Shown here one piece after another: positions 1-9,273 of a DNA stretch of 35,286 nt. This DNA is from a virus. Its lineage: Duplodnaviria; Heunggongvirae; Uroviricota; Caudoviricetes. How positions within the stretch are numbered: the first letter of the stretch is position 1; each line of letters starts with the position of its first letter. The position numbers and the translations under genes are program-made. The notes below the pieces were generated by a model, which was not told the DNA's origin, made no database searches, and worked only from the letters and a program-made list of their open reading frames with translations. The stretch is taken from positions 1 to 35,286 of IMG/VR virus record IMGVR_UViG_2606217105_000003. One strand, given 5' to 3'.

Positions 1-1275
1 GAACGTTACGAGAAAGCCCTGGCATCCGGTAAGAAAAAAACACGCGAAACCCGTAATGATGAGGCCACCCGGTTATTGCTGCAGTACAGTCAGCAACAGG
101 CACAGGTGGAAGGACAGATTGCTGCTGCCAGACAGTCAGCAGGCATTGCCACGGAAAGGATGACAGAAGCGCATAAACAGCTTCTGGCTCTGCAGCAGCG
201 CATCAGCGACCTGGACGGGAAAAAACTGACGGCAGATGAAAAGAGTGTGCTGGCCCGTAAAGATGAACTGATTCAGGCACTGACGCTGCTGGATGTAAAA
301 CAGCAGGAGCTTCAGAAACAGACGGCACTCAACGAGCTGAAGAAAAAAACAATTCATCTGACCAGTCAACTGGCTGAAGAAGAGCGCGCTCAGCTTCAGC
401 AACATGACCTGGATATCGCCACGGTGGGTATGGGTGATCAGCAGCGGCAGCGATATCAGGTACAACTGAGTCTTCGCCAGAAATACCAGCAACAGCTGGA
501 GCAGTTGAGGCGGGATAGTGAGCAGAAAGGGACATATAACACGGATGACTACAGAAAGGCCGAGCAGGCGCTGACGGAGAGCCTGAACCGACAACTGAAT
601 GAGAATCGCCGTTACTGGCAACAGCTTGAAGTTGTGCAGGGTAACTGGAAAAACGGAGTCCTGCGTGCATTTCAGGATTTTACCGTGGATGCAGATAATA
701 CGGCAGGAACAGCAGAACAGGTGTTCTCGTCAGCCTTCAGCAACATGGGAAATGGCCTGGCAACTTTTGTCACTACCGGCAAACTCAACTTCAAATCCTT
801 CACCTCTTCGGTGCTGTCAGATATGGCGAAAATCCTGGCGCAGGCAACCATGATGAAATCGATAAAAGGGATTGGCAGTGTACTGGGATTTGATCTCAGC
901 AGCCTTTCCCTGAATGCCAATGGGGGGATTTATCAGTCTGCTGATTTGAGTCGTTACAGTGGCACGGTGGTTAACCGTCCGACGTTTTTTGCTTTTGCAA
1001 AAGGCGCGGGTGTGATGGGGGAAGCTGGACCTGAAGCCATTCTGCCACTGCGTCGTGGTGCTGACGGTAAGCTGGGGGTTGTGGCGGATATTGGTGGTTC
1101 AGGTATGGCGATGTTTGCCCCGCAGTACAACATTGAGATCAATAACGATGGCACGAACGGGCAGATAGGTCCGGCTGCCCTGAAGGTGGTTTATGACCTT
1201 GGGAAAAAAGCGGCAGCGGACTTTATGCAACAGCAGGCCCGTGATGGTGGTCGGTTAAGTGGAGCATATCGGTAA
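1..1275 (+). CDS. Lambdoid tail tape-measure protein, C-terminal part (5'-truncated by window edge)
   Basis: Open frame runs from base 1 with no stop until TAA at 1273-1275. Glutamine-rich coiled-coil followed by a Gly-rich C-terminus, typical of lambda gpH-family tape-measure proteins. Directly upstream of an M-like gene start, as in lambda order H-M-L. Confidence 0.7.
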   Translation, partial: ERYEKALASGKKKTRETRNDEATRLLLQYSQQQAQVEGQIAAARQSAGIATERMTEAHKQLLALQQRISDLDGKKLTADEKSVLARKDELIQALTLLDVKQQELQKQTALNELKKKTIHLTSQLAEEERAQLQQHDLDIATVGMGDQQRQRYQVQLSLRQKYQQQLEQLRRDSEQKGTYNTDDYRKAEQALTESLNRQLNENRRYWQQLEVVQGNWKNGVLRAFQDFTVDADNTAGTAEQVFSSAFSNMGNGLATFVTTGKLNFKSFTSSVLSDMAKILAQATMMKSIKGIGSVLGFDLSSLSLNANGGIYQSADLSRYSGTVVNRPTFFAFAKGAGVMGEAGPEAILPLRRGADGKLGVVADIGGSGMAMFAPQYNIEINNDGTNGQIGPAALKVVYDLGKKAAADFMQQQARDGGRLSGAYR

Positions 1276-1340
1276 TGGAGACGTTTCACTGGAAAGTGCG
1301 CCCGGATATGAATGTGGTATCAGAGCCGAATATTGAGAAG
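1275..1340 (+). pseudogene. Lambdoid minor tail protein M, N-terminal 22 codons, interrupted by the Mu-like insertion
   Basis: ATG overlaps the H stop (TAATG). Translation METFHWKVRPDMNVVSEPNIEK matches my recollection of the lambda M N-terminus (MKTFRWKVKPGMDVASVPSVRK). The frame ends shortly after in phage-end sequence. Confidence 0.65.
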
Positions 1341-1520
1341 GAGTTTATTTGATACCAGAGAGAAAACCGGGAGAACATTAGAATAAACGGGATTTGGCGG
1401 GATAAAACAACGAGTTAGGTTGTGTTGTTAGGCTGATTTCGTGTTACCGCTTTTTTGATACCATCAAAGGAAAATGCCAGTTTGGGTAAAACTTTTGATA
1501 CTACGTCAAAAAACCTTCAA
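1341..1520. repeat. Left end (attL-like) with three direct copies of TTTGATAC(C/T), putative transposase binding sites
   Basis: Copies at about 1348-1356, 1454-1462 and 1494-1502. The segment AAAACCGGGAGAACATT (1363-1379) resembles Mu left-end AAAAACCGGGAGGACATT. Confidence 0.6.
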
Positions 1521-1676
1521 ATACTGTTCGATGGTTTTTAAACTCCCTCGCTCGCAGTAAATCTTTTCTTCGTTTTAGTCATACATCTACCGCAATGAGT
1601 ATCAGCAGGCCGCTACAGCGTTGACATAGTTCTACACCAACATCGAAAACAGCCTAATGAAATAGGCAAACTACTA

Positions 1677-2288
1677 TCAGCGGGCCTGCTGCTTTTTAGT
1701 TGTCAGGCTCTTGGACTGTTCATGGCGTAAAGGATGAGTGGTATCACACTCTCTCGCCTCGTTATCTGCAAAAGCCTGCTCCTCGGGCGTTCTGGGCTGG
1801 ATTCCCAGGATTTTCTCTTTCACTACGCGATCCATTTGTAGTAAGCGAATATTATCTTCGTCAAGGAGAAAAAGTAGTGTTTCTATCCCTTTGCGAGCAA
1901 GCACCTGGAATAACGCTTCTTTCTCGCTATCAGACAAAAAGCGGATCAGCGATAGGATTTTATCATCTAAATCTGAATGAGGCGGCACTAAACCGTCTTG
2001 AGTTCTTTTTATGTTCATTTCTGGTTCTTTTCCCTCTCCGGTTTGAAGCCATTCAAGGCTGACCCCTTCACACTGCGCTATCTTTTCTAACAGAGTTTTT
2101 CTTGGTACTGGAGAGAGGTCTTTACGTTTGTAATAGTTCTGTAACGTATTGATGTTGATTCCCCACGCTTTCGCAGCTTCATTTCTCGAACGATAGCGAT
2201 CTACTAGTTTAAAAATTCTATTGATAACAGGTTCTTTTGAATCAGGAGCAAAAGAACCATTGTGTTCTTTTTGAGTCTCACGTTTCAT
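1677..2288 (-). CDS. Prophage repressor (c-like), HTH DNA-binding protein
   Basis: Leftmost gene, divergent from ner-A-B. ATG at 2288 gives MKRETQKEH...; the track ORF extends upstream only through a TTG. Probable HTH segment EAAKAWGININTLQNYYKR. Sequence unlike the Mu c repressor as I recall it. Confidence 0.6.
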   Translation of the reverse strand: MKRETQKEHNGSFAPDSKEPVINRIFKLVDRYRSRNEAAKAWGININTLQNYYKRKDLSPVPRKTLLEKIAQCEGVSLEWLQTGEGKEPEMNIKRTQDGLVPPHSDLDDKILSLIRFLSDSEKEALFQVLARKGIETLLFLLDEDNIRLLQMDRVVKEKILGIQPRTPEEQAFADNEARECDTTHPLRHEQSKSLTTKKQQAR

Positions 2289-2439
2289 TTGCTTATCCAA
2301 TTGAATTAAAAGACAAAAAGTGCAGACACATAAAAAACACAAAAGAACATTTGACAAGTTCTTTTTGTGTTCTTATTCTTTGTCCGAGTGGATAACCGCG
2401 CGGTTATCCGCACGGATAACTTTTTAGGATAGTGGAATC
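2289..2439. promoter_or_regulatory. Operator and early promoter region between repressor and ner
   Basis: Consensus -35 TTGACA (about 2351-2356) with TATTCT about 17 bp downstream. Perfect 20-bp palindrome GGATAACCGCGCGGTTATCC (about 2390-2409) at the predicted transcript start, plus a third GGATAAC copy at about 2414-2420. Position matches the Mu operator/enhancer region. Confidence 0.55.
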
Positions 2440-2688
2440 ATGACTCGAAAAGAAGATCCGCGTGCCGATTGGCACCCTGAAATCATTAAGGCAGAGATTC
2501 ACAAACGGGGACTGTCATTTCGCGCACTGTCCATTCAGGCGGGTTACAGCAAAGACTCCCTCAAGAGTGTTTTACGCACACCGTGCAAACCTTATCAGCA
2601 GATTGTTGCTGATGCGCTGGGGGTTGCACCGGAAACTATCTGGCCCAGCCGCTATCAGACAGAAAGCTACATTCAGAAGGTATCCTGA
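2440..2688 (+). CDS. ner: Ner-like DNA-binding regulator (Ner/Nlp family)
   Basis: 82 aa; motifs DWHPEIIKAEIHKRGLSFRALS and ETIWPSRYQ resemble Mu Ner and E. coli Nlp; immediately upstream of the transposase. Confidence 0.8.
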   Translation: MTRKEDPRADWHPEIIKAEIHKRGLSFRALSIQAGYSKDSLKSVLRTPCKPYQQIVADALGVAPETIWPSRYQTESYIQKVS

Positions 2689-2691
2689 TTT

Positions 2692-4773
2692 ATGTTTGTT
2701 CTCGCCAAAGAGCTGGTCGGTGTACCAGGATTACCAAAAACAATTAAAGGAATTCGGGAAGCATTGCGCCGTTATTGCGGCGAATCAGAAGGAATGATGC
2801 GTAAGCGTGCAGGGACAAAGGCTTTTGAGTTCCATGTCGACTGTTTGCCTGATGTGGCGCGTAAGGCGTTACAGGCTCGCCAGATTAAGGCGTTAATGAA
2901 TCAGCCAGCAACTGAGGCAAAAGAACCTGAATCTCCGCGTTTAAAAAAACGTGAAGACGGCAAAATTGCGGTTTACCGCAAATGTCCTGCGCTGTTTGAG
3001 CAGAAACTCGGAACGTTAACCGCTACGCAAAAAGAAACAGCGGATGCCCGGATTGCGATTGTCAGCGAAGTTTTGCGCGTTTGTGAACTACCAGGAATCA
3101 GCCAGGCCGCCGCTATCCGTGAGTTTGTGAAACAGGCTCAAAACGGTGAGTTACCGGCACACCTGGTGGAAACCGTTGCAACTGCGAACGCGAAAAAAGG
3201 TTCTTTGCGCTCCCTTAGTGAAATATCACTGAAACGCTGGATTGCTGATTTTAAAAAAGCAACCACTCCGGCTGAACGTCTGATCATGCTGGCACCAGGC
3301 AAACGTCAGCCCATAAAACCAGACCAGATTCGCTGGTTACCAGAGTTTCTTCGCTTTTACCGCCGTCCGAACGGGTGCGGAATACGAGAGGCTTATGATG
3401 ATTTTGCTGCGGAATGGTATGAAGTGCATCAGGACAATCCTGCGATGTGTGCAGCACTGCCGTCGTATGATCAGGTTTGCTATGCCATGAACAAACTCCC
3501 GGTTGTTGTGAAACAACGTGGGCGCGTTACAGGCAGCGAGTTCCGGCAGTATGAAGGCTTCGTGCGTCGGGACTGGTTATCTTTACCGGTAAATTATGCC
3601 TGGATTGGTGATGGTCACGGCATGAAGATGAAAGTGGCACATCCTGATCACGGCAATCCATTTTCCCCAGAAGTCACCTTTATCATGGACGGCAGTTGCC
3701 GCTTTATTGTGGGCTGGAGTCTGGCACTTTCTGAAAGTGTGGTTGCTGTTGCTGATGCGTTACGCCACGGAATAAAAAATCACGGCAAACCGTATATCTA
3801 TTATTCAGATAATGGCGGCGGTGAAACCAATAACACGTTCGATGCTGATATTACGGGTGTCTTACCGCGTCTTGGAATTGATCACCGTCTTGGTATACCG
3901 GAAAACCCGCAAGGGCGAGGGATTATAGAGCGTCTGAACCGTACTCTGGCTATGCGCATATCACGCCAGTTTGCCACGTATTATGGCACCGGTGCCGACC
4001 GTGGAACGGTTCGCCGGACGACAAAGGCTCTGATATCTGCAACAAATGCGGCAAACAAAGGACGGGAGCTGACTGAAAAACAACGGCAGGCTTTAAAAAA
4101 CCTGCCGTCATGGAATGAACTTATTGCTGCTATTGAAGCTGGTGTGGAATGGTACAACAACCGTCCGCATAGTTCGCTACCACTACGTGGAAACGGTGAA
4201 CATTACACCCCGGCGCAGTTCCGACGCTACAAACTGGAAAAAGAAGCGACGGAAATCGAATGGTTGTCCGACCTTGAACTGCGTGAAATGTTTATGCCCC
4301 AGATTGAACGTACAGTCAACCGCTGTGAAGTCAGGCTGTTTAATAATATTTATTATTCAACTGACCTGGAATATGAGCACGGTAATAAGGTGCTGGTGAA
4401 TTACGATATTCATGATGCAACAAAAGTAATTATCCGCCGCATGGACGGTTCCTATATCTGTGAGGCTGTCTGGGATGGCAATAAACAGCAGGCATTCCCG
4501 GTCACTGCGGAATACCATCAGCGCCAGCAGCGTATCAAAGGGATGCGTCAGCGCGGAGAGGAAAAAATCAGACTGGCCGAGGCAGAGAATACCCGAACAC
4601 TGCCAGCTCCTGTTACAGGCAACGGGTTGTTCAGCAACGTCTACAGACCAGTGGAGAAAGTCGTGCCAGTGCTGGCAGATGAACCGGACGATGAATATGA
4701 AAGCGACCGCGACGAATATCTGAATAATTCACTGGATATTCTGGAACAGAACAGACGTAAAAAAGCCATTTAA
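2692..4773 (+). CDS. A: Mu-type DDE transposase A
   Basis: 693 aa; N-terminal LPGLPKT motif as in the MuA enhancer-binding domain; C-terminus DDEYESDRDEYLNNSLDILEQNRRKKAI nearly identical to the MuA C-terminus as recalled. Confidence 0.9.
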   Translation: MFVLAKELVGVPGLPKTIKGIREALRRYCGESEGMMRKRAGTKAFEFHVDCLPDVARKALQARQIKALMNQPATEAKEPESPRLKKREDGKIAVYRKCPALFEQKLGTLTATQKETADARIAIVSEVLRVCELPGISQAAAIREFVKQAQNGELPAHLVETVATANAKKGSLRSLSEISLKRWIADFKKATTPAERLIMLAPGKRQPIKPDQIRWLPEFLRFYRRPNGCGIREAYDDFAAEWYEVHQDNPAMCAALPSYDQVCYAMNKLPVVVKQRGRVTGSEFRQYEGFVRRDWLSLPVNYAWIGDGHGMKMKVAHPDHGNPFSPEVTFIMDGSCRFIVGWSLALSESVVAVADALRHGIKNHGKPYIYYSDNGGGETNNTFDADITGVLPRLGIDHRLGIPENPQGRGIIERLNRTLAMRISRQFATYYGTGADRGTVRRTTKALISATNAANKGRELTEKQRQALKNLPSWNELIAAIEAGVEWYNNRPHSSLPLRGNGEHYTPAQFRRYKLEKEATEIEWLSDLELREMFMPQIERTVNRCEVRLFNNIYYSTDLEYEHGNKVLVNYDIHDATKVIIRRMDGSYICEAVWDGNKQQAFPVTAEYHQRQQRIKGMRQRGEEKIRLAEAENTRTLPAPVTGNGLFSNVYRPVEKVVPVLADEPDDEYESDRDEYLNNSLDILEQNRRKKAI

Positions 4774-4810
4774 TTAACGTTTAAACAAAATTTAATTACG
4801 AGGTTATCAG

Positions 4811-5749
4811 ATGAATATTTCCGATATTCGTGCAGGACTGCGCACGCTTGTAGAAAATGAAAAAACAACTTATGCACAAATCGCCCGCGAGTCTGGGGTG
4901 GCCGCAGGAACGTTAAGCGCATTCGTGAATGACAAGTACAACGGCGACAATGAACGTGTCGCGCAGTCTCTTGAACGCTGGCTGGAGAACTATCACCGCG
5001 CCGCAGAACTGCCAGAACCCCCGCGTTTTGTGGAAACCAGAACGGTCCGCCAAATCTGGACAAGTATGCGTTTTGCCAGCCTGACTGAAAGTATTTCTGT
5101 TATCTGTGGTAATCCAGGAGTGGGAAAAACTGAAGCGGCCCGCGAATTTCGTCGCACCAATAACAATGTCTGGATGATCACCATTACCCCATCCTGTGCC
5201 AGTGTTCTGGAATGCCTGACTGAACTGGCTTATGAACTGGGAATGAATGACGCACCGCGCCGTAAGGGGCCACTCTCCCGCGCTTTGAGACGCCGTCTTG
5301 AAGGTACGCAGGGGCTGGTCATTATCGACGAAGCTGATCATCTTGGCGCTGAGGTTCTGGAAGAACTCCGCCTGTTACAGGAGTCCGCCCGTATTGGTCT
5401 TGTTCTGATGGGGAATCACCGCGTTTATTCAAACATGACCGGTGGTAACAGAACGGTTGAATTTGCCCGCCTGTTTTCCCGTATTGCCAAACGGACGGCA
5501 ATCAATAAAACCAAAATTGACGATGTAAAAGCCATTGCGGATGCCTGGCAAATTACCGGCGAAAACGAGCGGGAATTATTACAACAGATTGCACAAAAAC
5601 CAGGTGCGCTTCGTATCCTGAATCACTCGCTGCGCCTTGCGGCCATGACAGCCTACGGTAAAGGCGATCGTGTTAATGAAAATTATCTGCGTCAGGCTTT
5701 CCGTGAATTAGACCTGGACGTTGATATTTCAACCCTGCTGCGCACGTAA
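4811..5749 (+). CDS. B: Transposition target DNA activator B (AAA+ ATPase)
   Basis: 312 aa; [17 protein letters not shown]... with Walker A GNPGVGKT and Walker [10 protein letters not shown]; near-identical to Mu B as recalled; directly downstream of A. Confidence 0.9.
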   Translation: MNISDIRAGLRTLVENEKTTYAQIARESGVAAGTLSAFVNDKYNGDNERVAQSLERWLENYHRAAELPEPPRFVETRTVRQIWTSMRFASLTESISVICGNPGVGKTEAAREFRRTNNNVWMITITPSCASVLECLTELAYELGMNDAPRRKGPLSRALRRRLEGTQGLVIIDEADHLGAEVLEELRLLQESARIGLVLMGNHRVYSNMTGGNRTVEFARLFSRIAKRTAINKTKIDDVKAIADAWQITGENERELLQQIAQKPGALRILNHSLRLAAMTAYGKGDRVNENYLRQAFRELDLDVDISTLLRT

Positions 5750-5762
5750 GGAGAGCGAAATC

Positions 5763-5990
5763 ATGATGTCACGGAATATCAAAATGGCGACGGAAGTAAA
5801 GACCTGGTTACAGGAGCGCGGCAGCCACGTCAACGAATCCTGGCTGGGCGTGGCCCGCCCGGTGCTTGAAATTACCTGCCCGCCACCGGAGCTGGTCAGA
5901 AACGCTGTCAGGATTATGGAGCATAAATCAGGGGTTGCCCGTTCCGTATGGACGGCCCGCCTTAATGGTTGCCAGATTATCTGGCGTTAA
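5763..5990 (+). CDS. Small early protein, Kil-like by position
   Basis: 75 aa from ATG with RBS AAGGAG upstream (track ORF begins at an upstream TTG). First gene after B as kil is in Mu. Assignment by synteny only. Confidence 0.4.
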   Translation: MMSRNIKMATEVKTWLQERGSHVNESWLGVARPVLEITCPPPELVRNAVRIMEHKSGVARSVWTARLNGCQIIWR

Positions 5991-6022
5991 TAACGGCTTA
6001 TTTATTTGTGAGGAATAACAAA

Positions 6023-6292
6023 ATGGCAAAAGTAATCTTTGAATTTAACCGCATGGAAGATGTTGAGTTTCAGAAAAAAGGAGGTTTCTTTGTAGGAATG
6101 AGTGTGCAACTGGAAGAACAGTCTCCTAAGGAGCAAATCGGACCGCATGACGTGATGGCAGGCATTATCAAGAGCATGGCTCCTGAAATTATTGAAAAAG
6201 CAACCCAGGAGTTGTTGAAGTCAGCCAGAGAACTTGGGCTGGAAGCCGAAGGCGAGTTATTCCGGTATAACCCGGATGCAGCCAAACATTAA
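6023..6292 (+). CDS. Hypothetical early-region protein
   Basis: 89 aa from ATG after GAGGAATAACAAA; in the semi-essential early region. Confidence 0.45.
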   Translation: MAKVIFEFNRMEDVEFQKKGGFFVGMSVQLEEQSPKEQIGPHDVMAGIIKSMAPEIIEKATQELLKSARELGLEAEGELFRYNPDAAKH

Positions 6293-6308
6293 TTTCAGGG
6301 AAGGAGGC

Positions 6309-6599
6309 ATGATGATAATCCCTCGCAAAAGATGGTCACGCGAAGACCGGGAATTTATCGAAGCCAACGTCGGGAAACTGACCGTTGAAGAAATGGCGAA
6401 AAAACTGAACGTTGCCCCAACCGCCCTACAGGCGCATGCCAGAAGGCACGGAATATCGTTGTGTGCATACCGGGTCAGTGAGCACGACAAATATTTGTGT
6501 CGTGAACTTTATAAAGAAGGGCTGGCTATTCATGTGATAGCCCAGAAGATGGAATTAAGCAATCGTGCTGTATCCAGCATTGTATACAGCGAATATTAA
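6309..6599 (+). CDS. Hypothetical early-region protein with probable HTH
   Basis: 96 aa from ATG after AAGGAGG; segment LTVEEMAKKLNVAPTALQAHARRHGISL looks like a helix-turn-helix. Confidence 0.45.
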   Translation: MMIIPRKRWSREDREFIEANVGKLTVEEMAKKLNVAPTALQAHARRHGISLCAYRVSEHDKYLCRELYKEGLAIHVIAQKMELSNRAVSSIVYSEY

Positions 6600-6617
6600 T
6601 TAACAGGAGCTTTATTT

Positions 6618-7142
6618 ATGGCTAGACCAGTAAAACGAATCAAGAACGCCGCAGCGGCTTATGTTCCACAGTCCCGCGATGCAGTGATGTGTGATATTCG
6701 CCGGATTGGTGACCTGCAACGCGAAGCGGCACGACTTGAAACGGAAATGAATGACGCTATCGCTGAAATTACTGAGAAATACGCCTCACAGATTACGCCG
6801 CTTAAAACCAGCATTGAAACCCTTTCAAAAGGCGTTCAGGGATGGTGTGAAGCGAACCGTGACGAACTGACGAACGGCGGTAAGGTGAAGACGGCAAATC
6901 TGGTAACCGGCGATGTGTCATGGCGTCAGCGCCCACCATCAGTAAATATTCGCGGTGTGGATGCGGTGATGGAAACACTGGAGCGTCTTGGCCTGCAACG
7001 CTTTATTCGCACGAAACAGGAAATCAACAAGGAAGCGATTTTACTGGAACCGAAAGCGGTCGCAGGTGTTGCCGGAATTACAGTTAAATCAGGCATTGAA
7101 GATTTTTCTATTATTCCGTTTGAACAGGAAGCCGGTATTTAA
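6618..7142 (+). CDS. gam: Gam, host-nuclease inhibitor (DNA end-binding, Ku-like)
   Basis: 174 aa; MARPVKRIKNAAAAYVPQSRDAV...GIEDFSIIPFEQEAGI closely matches Mu Gam as recalled. Confidence 0.85.
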   Translation: MARPVKRIKNAAAAYVPQSRDAVMCDIRRIGDLQREAARLETEMNDAIAEITEKYASQITPLKTSIETLSKGVQGWCEANRDELTNGGKVKTANLVTGDVSWRQRPPSVNIRGVDAVMETLERLGLQRFIRTKQEINKEAILLEPKAVAGVAGITVKSGIEDFSIIPFEQEAGI

Positions 7143-7240
7143 TATCACCATTAATATTTAATTAGTTCACTTTCTTTTAATTATGGCGCGATGCGTCAGG
7201 GGATTGCTCGCGCCTGAAACAGATTACTAAGGAATAAAAA

Positions 7241-7780
7241 ATGGTTGATGCAAAAGTTCTGAACGGTGTCAGCACATTATTACGGGCTTACGGGCGTCTG
7301 ACCTGTGGCGTTCTGGCTGAAAAAATGAATATGCCACCTTCCTCAATGGTGTATTTCCTGCGTGATGCGGTTGATGCCGGAGTTCTCACTGAAAGCAACG
7401 GATTTTATGACGTTCCGCGCCCTCGTCAGACGCCGCCAGTAAGACGAAACGCAACGGAGCAACCCGCTGTTGATGATGCTAAATGGTGCACGTTCCGTCG
7501 TTCGTTGCCCTGGCTGGAAAGCAACGCCATTCCGGCACTGGCAAAAGAATTTGCGACAGGCGTACTGACCTGCGAGTCGGTTCACATCGTTGCAGAAGTG
7601 GATGACGAGATGTGCAAACAGGGAATGCCTCGTTTTGCGATGGCGCATATCGATTTACGGCTGGGGCGTTTTATTTGCAGTTTAAGCGGCTGGAATATCA
7701 CCGACCATGTGGTGCGTTATCTCATTCTTGATTATTCACCGGTTCCGGCGACAACACAGGAAGTCAGCGAGCATGGTTAA
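7241..7780 (+). CDS. Hypothetical early-region protein
   Basis: 179 aa; ATG preceded by AAGGAATAAAAA; no recognised family. Confidence 0.5.
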   Translation: MVDAKVLNGVSTLLRAYGRLTCGVLAEKMNMPPSSMVYFLRDAVDAGVLTESNGFYDVPRPRQTPPVRRNATEQPAVDDAKWCTFRRSLPWLESNAIPALAKEFATGVLTCESVHIVAEVDDEMCKQGMPRFAMAHIDLRLGRFICSLSGWNITDHVVRYLILDYSPVPATTQEVSEHG

Positions 7781-7955
7781 GTCAATTGGCTTTGTCCTGC
7801 TGGTTGGCACCTGCGGGAATGATGCCTGCGATGCCATCCCGGTAACGGAAAAAATCTGGCCCACAGAGCAGGCCTGTATGCAGGTGATGGAGCGCATACA
7901 AAAACGTTATCCCAGTGAAATCTTTTATTGCGAAGAGGTATTACGAAATGAATAA
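7773..7955 (+). CDS. Small Cys-rich hypothetical protein
   Basis: 60 aa from ATG overlapping the upstream stop (ATGGTTAA); hydrophobic N-terminus VLLVGTCGNDAC; seven cysteines in 60 aa. Confidence 0.35.
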   Translation: MVKSIGFVLLVGTCGNDACDAIPVTEKIWPTEQACMQVMERIQKRYPSEIFYCEEVLRNE

Positions 7956-8337
7956 CGCAGAGAAAAATGAAATTAAATCCACATCCGCCAGCACCAGAAA
8001 ACATCTTTATGATTTTTATGTTGCCTATAACCAGTGGTTAAAAAATGGTGCACCAGAAACAGAGGGTGAAATATTTGTTCAATATTCAGGATTATGTGCA
8101 AATGCTTGTCGTTATTTTGACGAAATCGGAGTGGATACCGAAGATATATTAGAACAATTACGTGCAGATTTTATCGCGAACGAGTTGGATGAATTATTAC
8201 CTTTCAATGAAAGTAGAGCGCACTATCATGAGGAATGCAGACTTGGCAGATGTCACCTGAATTCTGCTCGTGTGGCATGGGTCGAAAAACACTGCATTAA
8301 GGAGATGGGACATAATGAGCCGCACATCCCTGATTAA
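7948..8337 (+). CDS. Hypothetical protein, AT-rich (moron-like)
   Basis: 129 aa from ATG after GAGGT; visibly AT-rich relative to neighbours; no recognised family. Confidence 0.4.
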   Translation: MNNAEKNEIKSTSASTRKHLYDFYVAYNQWLKNGAPETEGEIFVQYSGLCANACRYFDEIGVDTEDILEQLRADFIANELDELLPFNESRAHYHEECRLGRCHLNSARVAWVEKHCIKEMGHNEPHIPD

Positions 8338-8866
8338 ATTAATTCATGTTGCCCGTCGGGAGTTGCAACTCGACGATGACACTTACCGAGCTTTTCTGGT
8401 GCAGTGCACGGGCAAAACCAGTTGCCGCGAGCTGTCCGTTGCACAACTGGAACAAGTGCTCGATGCCATGAAAAAGCGCGGTTTTAAGAAGCAGAAAAAA
8501 CATCCCCGCCGTCGCTTTAAGGGGCATGTCACACCACGCGAGAAGATTTACAAAATCTGGCAGCAGATGTTCCTTGATGGTTTCGTTTCCGATATCAGCG
8601 ACGCCGCGCTGGACAAATACGTTGAGCGCCTGACGGCCAGACGTAATGGCGGTCAGGGGGTTTCCACACTGGCCTGGTGTCACGGGGAATCGTTGCAGGT
8701 TGTGCTCGAAACGCTCAAACAGTGGCATATGCGCTGCATCCGTGAAGCCTTTGCCCGACATGGTGTGCCTTTACCTGTGAGCGAAACCGGTCGGGAGCTG
8801 CGCGGCTATGATGCACTGACCAGTGCGTATGCCCGCGCACGAAACAGCGGGAGAATTGCTGTATGA
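8315..8866 (+). CDS. gemA: GemA-like regulatory protein (Mu gene 16 family)
   Basis: 183 aa from ATG after GGAGATGGGACATA; sits immediately before mor as gemA does in Mu. Confidence 0.65.
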   Translation: MSRTSLIKLIHVARRELQLDDDTYRAFLVQCTGKTSCRELSVAQLEQVLDAMKKRGFKKQKKHPRRRFKGHVTPREKIYKIWQQMFLDGFVSDISDAALDKYVERLTARRNGGQGVSTLAWCHGESLQVVLETLKQWHMRCIREAFARHGVPLPVSETGRELRGYDALTSAYARARNSGRIAV

Positions 8867-9273
8867 AACAGATGAAAGAGCAGGATTTATTCGAAGACTT
8901 CCGGGACGACACCGTTCTGGAATATCTTCACGATTATCAGGAAAAATATGTTTATCCGGCGCTACTTTCAGAGCTGAATGCTCTGTTGCGACAGGAACTG
9001 ATAAGGCTTGGGGTTAACCCGGTCTATTCCCTTGAGTTGGTAGTGGCGATTTGTAATCATATCGGTGGGATTCAGGTATATGTTCCTAAAGGGAAAATAC
9101 TGGAAAATCTTATCAGAGACATGCGCATCTGGCGTGATTTTGATGGGAAAAACGTAGCGGAACTGGTGCAGCGTTACAAAGTGACATACAAAACGGTATA
9201 TCAAGCTATCAAAAGAATGCGAAGGCTGGAGCGTGGAAAATATCAAATGCAACTGTTTAAGGATGAGTCATGA
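8863..9273 (+). CDS. mor: Mor/C-family transcriptional activator
   Basis: 136 aa; acidic N-terminus, conserved-looking core LELVVAICNHIGGIQVYVPKG and C-terminal HTH-like YKTVYQAIKRMRR; position after gemA. Confidence 0.6.
   Translation: MKQMKEQDLFEDFRDDTVLEYLHDYQEKYVYPALLSELNALLRQELIRLGVNPVYSLELVVAICNHIGGIQVYVPKGKILENLIRDMRIWRDFDGKNVAELVQRYKVTYKTVYQAIKRMRRLERGKYQMQLFKDES

Noticed and set aside
1313-1316. Alternative left terminus at a TG dinucleotide around 1313-1316, which would make the right-end GTGAA a near-duplicate of ATGAA
   Set aside because: It would truncate the host M fragment to 13 codons and break the exact length match to lambda M; kept the junction at about 1340/1341 but flagged the uncertainty.
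1700-2062. Plus-strand ORFs (120 aa and 80 aa) overlapping the repressor gene
   Set aside because: Antisense to the repressor, which has the expected position, orientation and an HTH.
2462-2797. 111-aa ORF overlapping ner and the start of the transposase gene
   Set aside because: Alternate frame of two clearly supported genes; no independent signal.
4115-4723. Small plus-strand ORFs inside the transposase gene
   Set aside because: Alternate frames within a contiguous 693-aa transposase.
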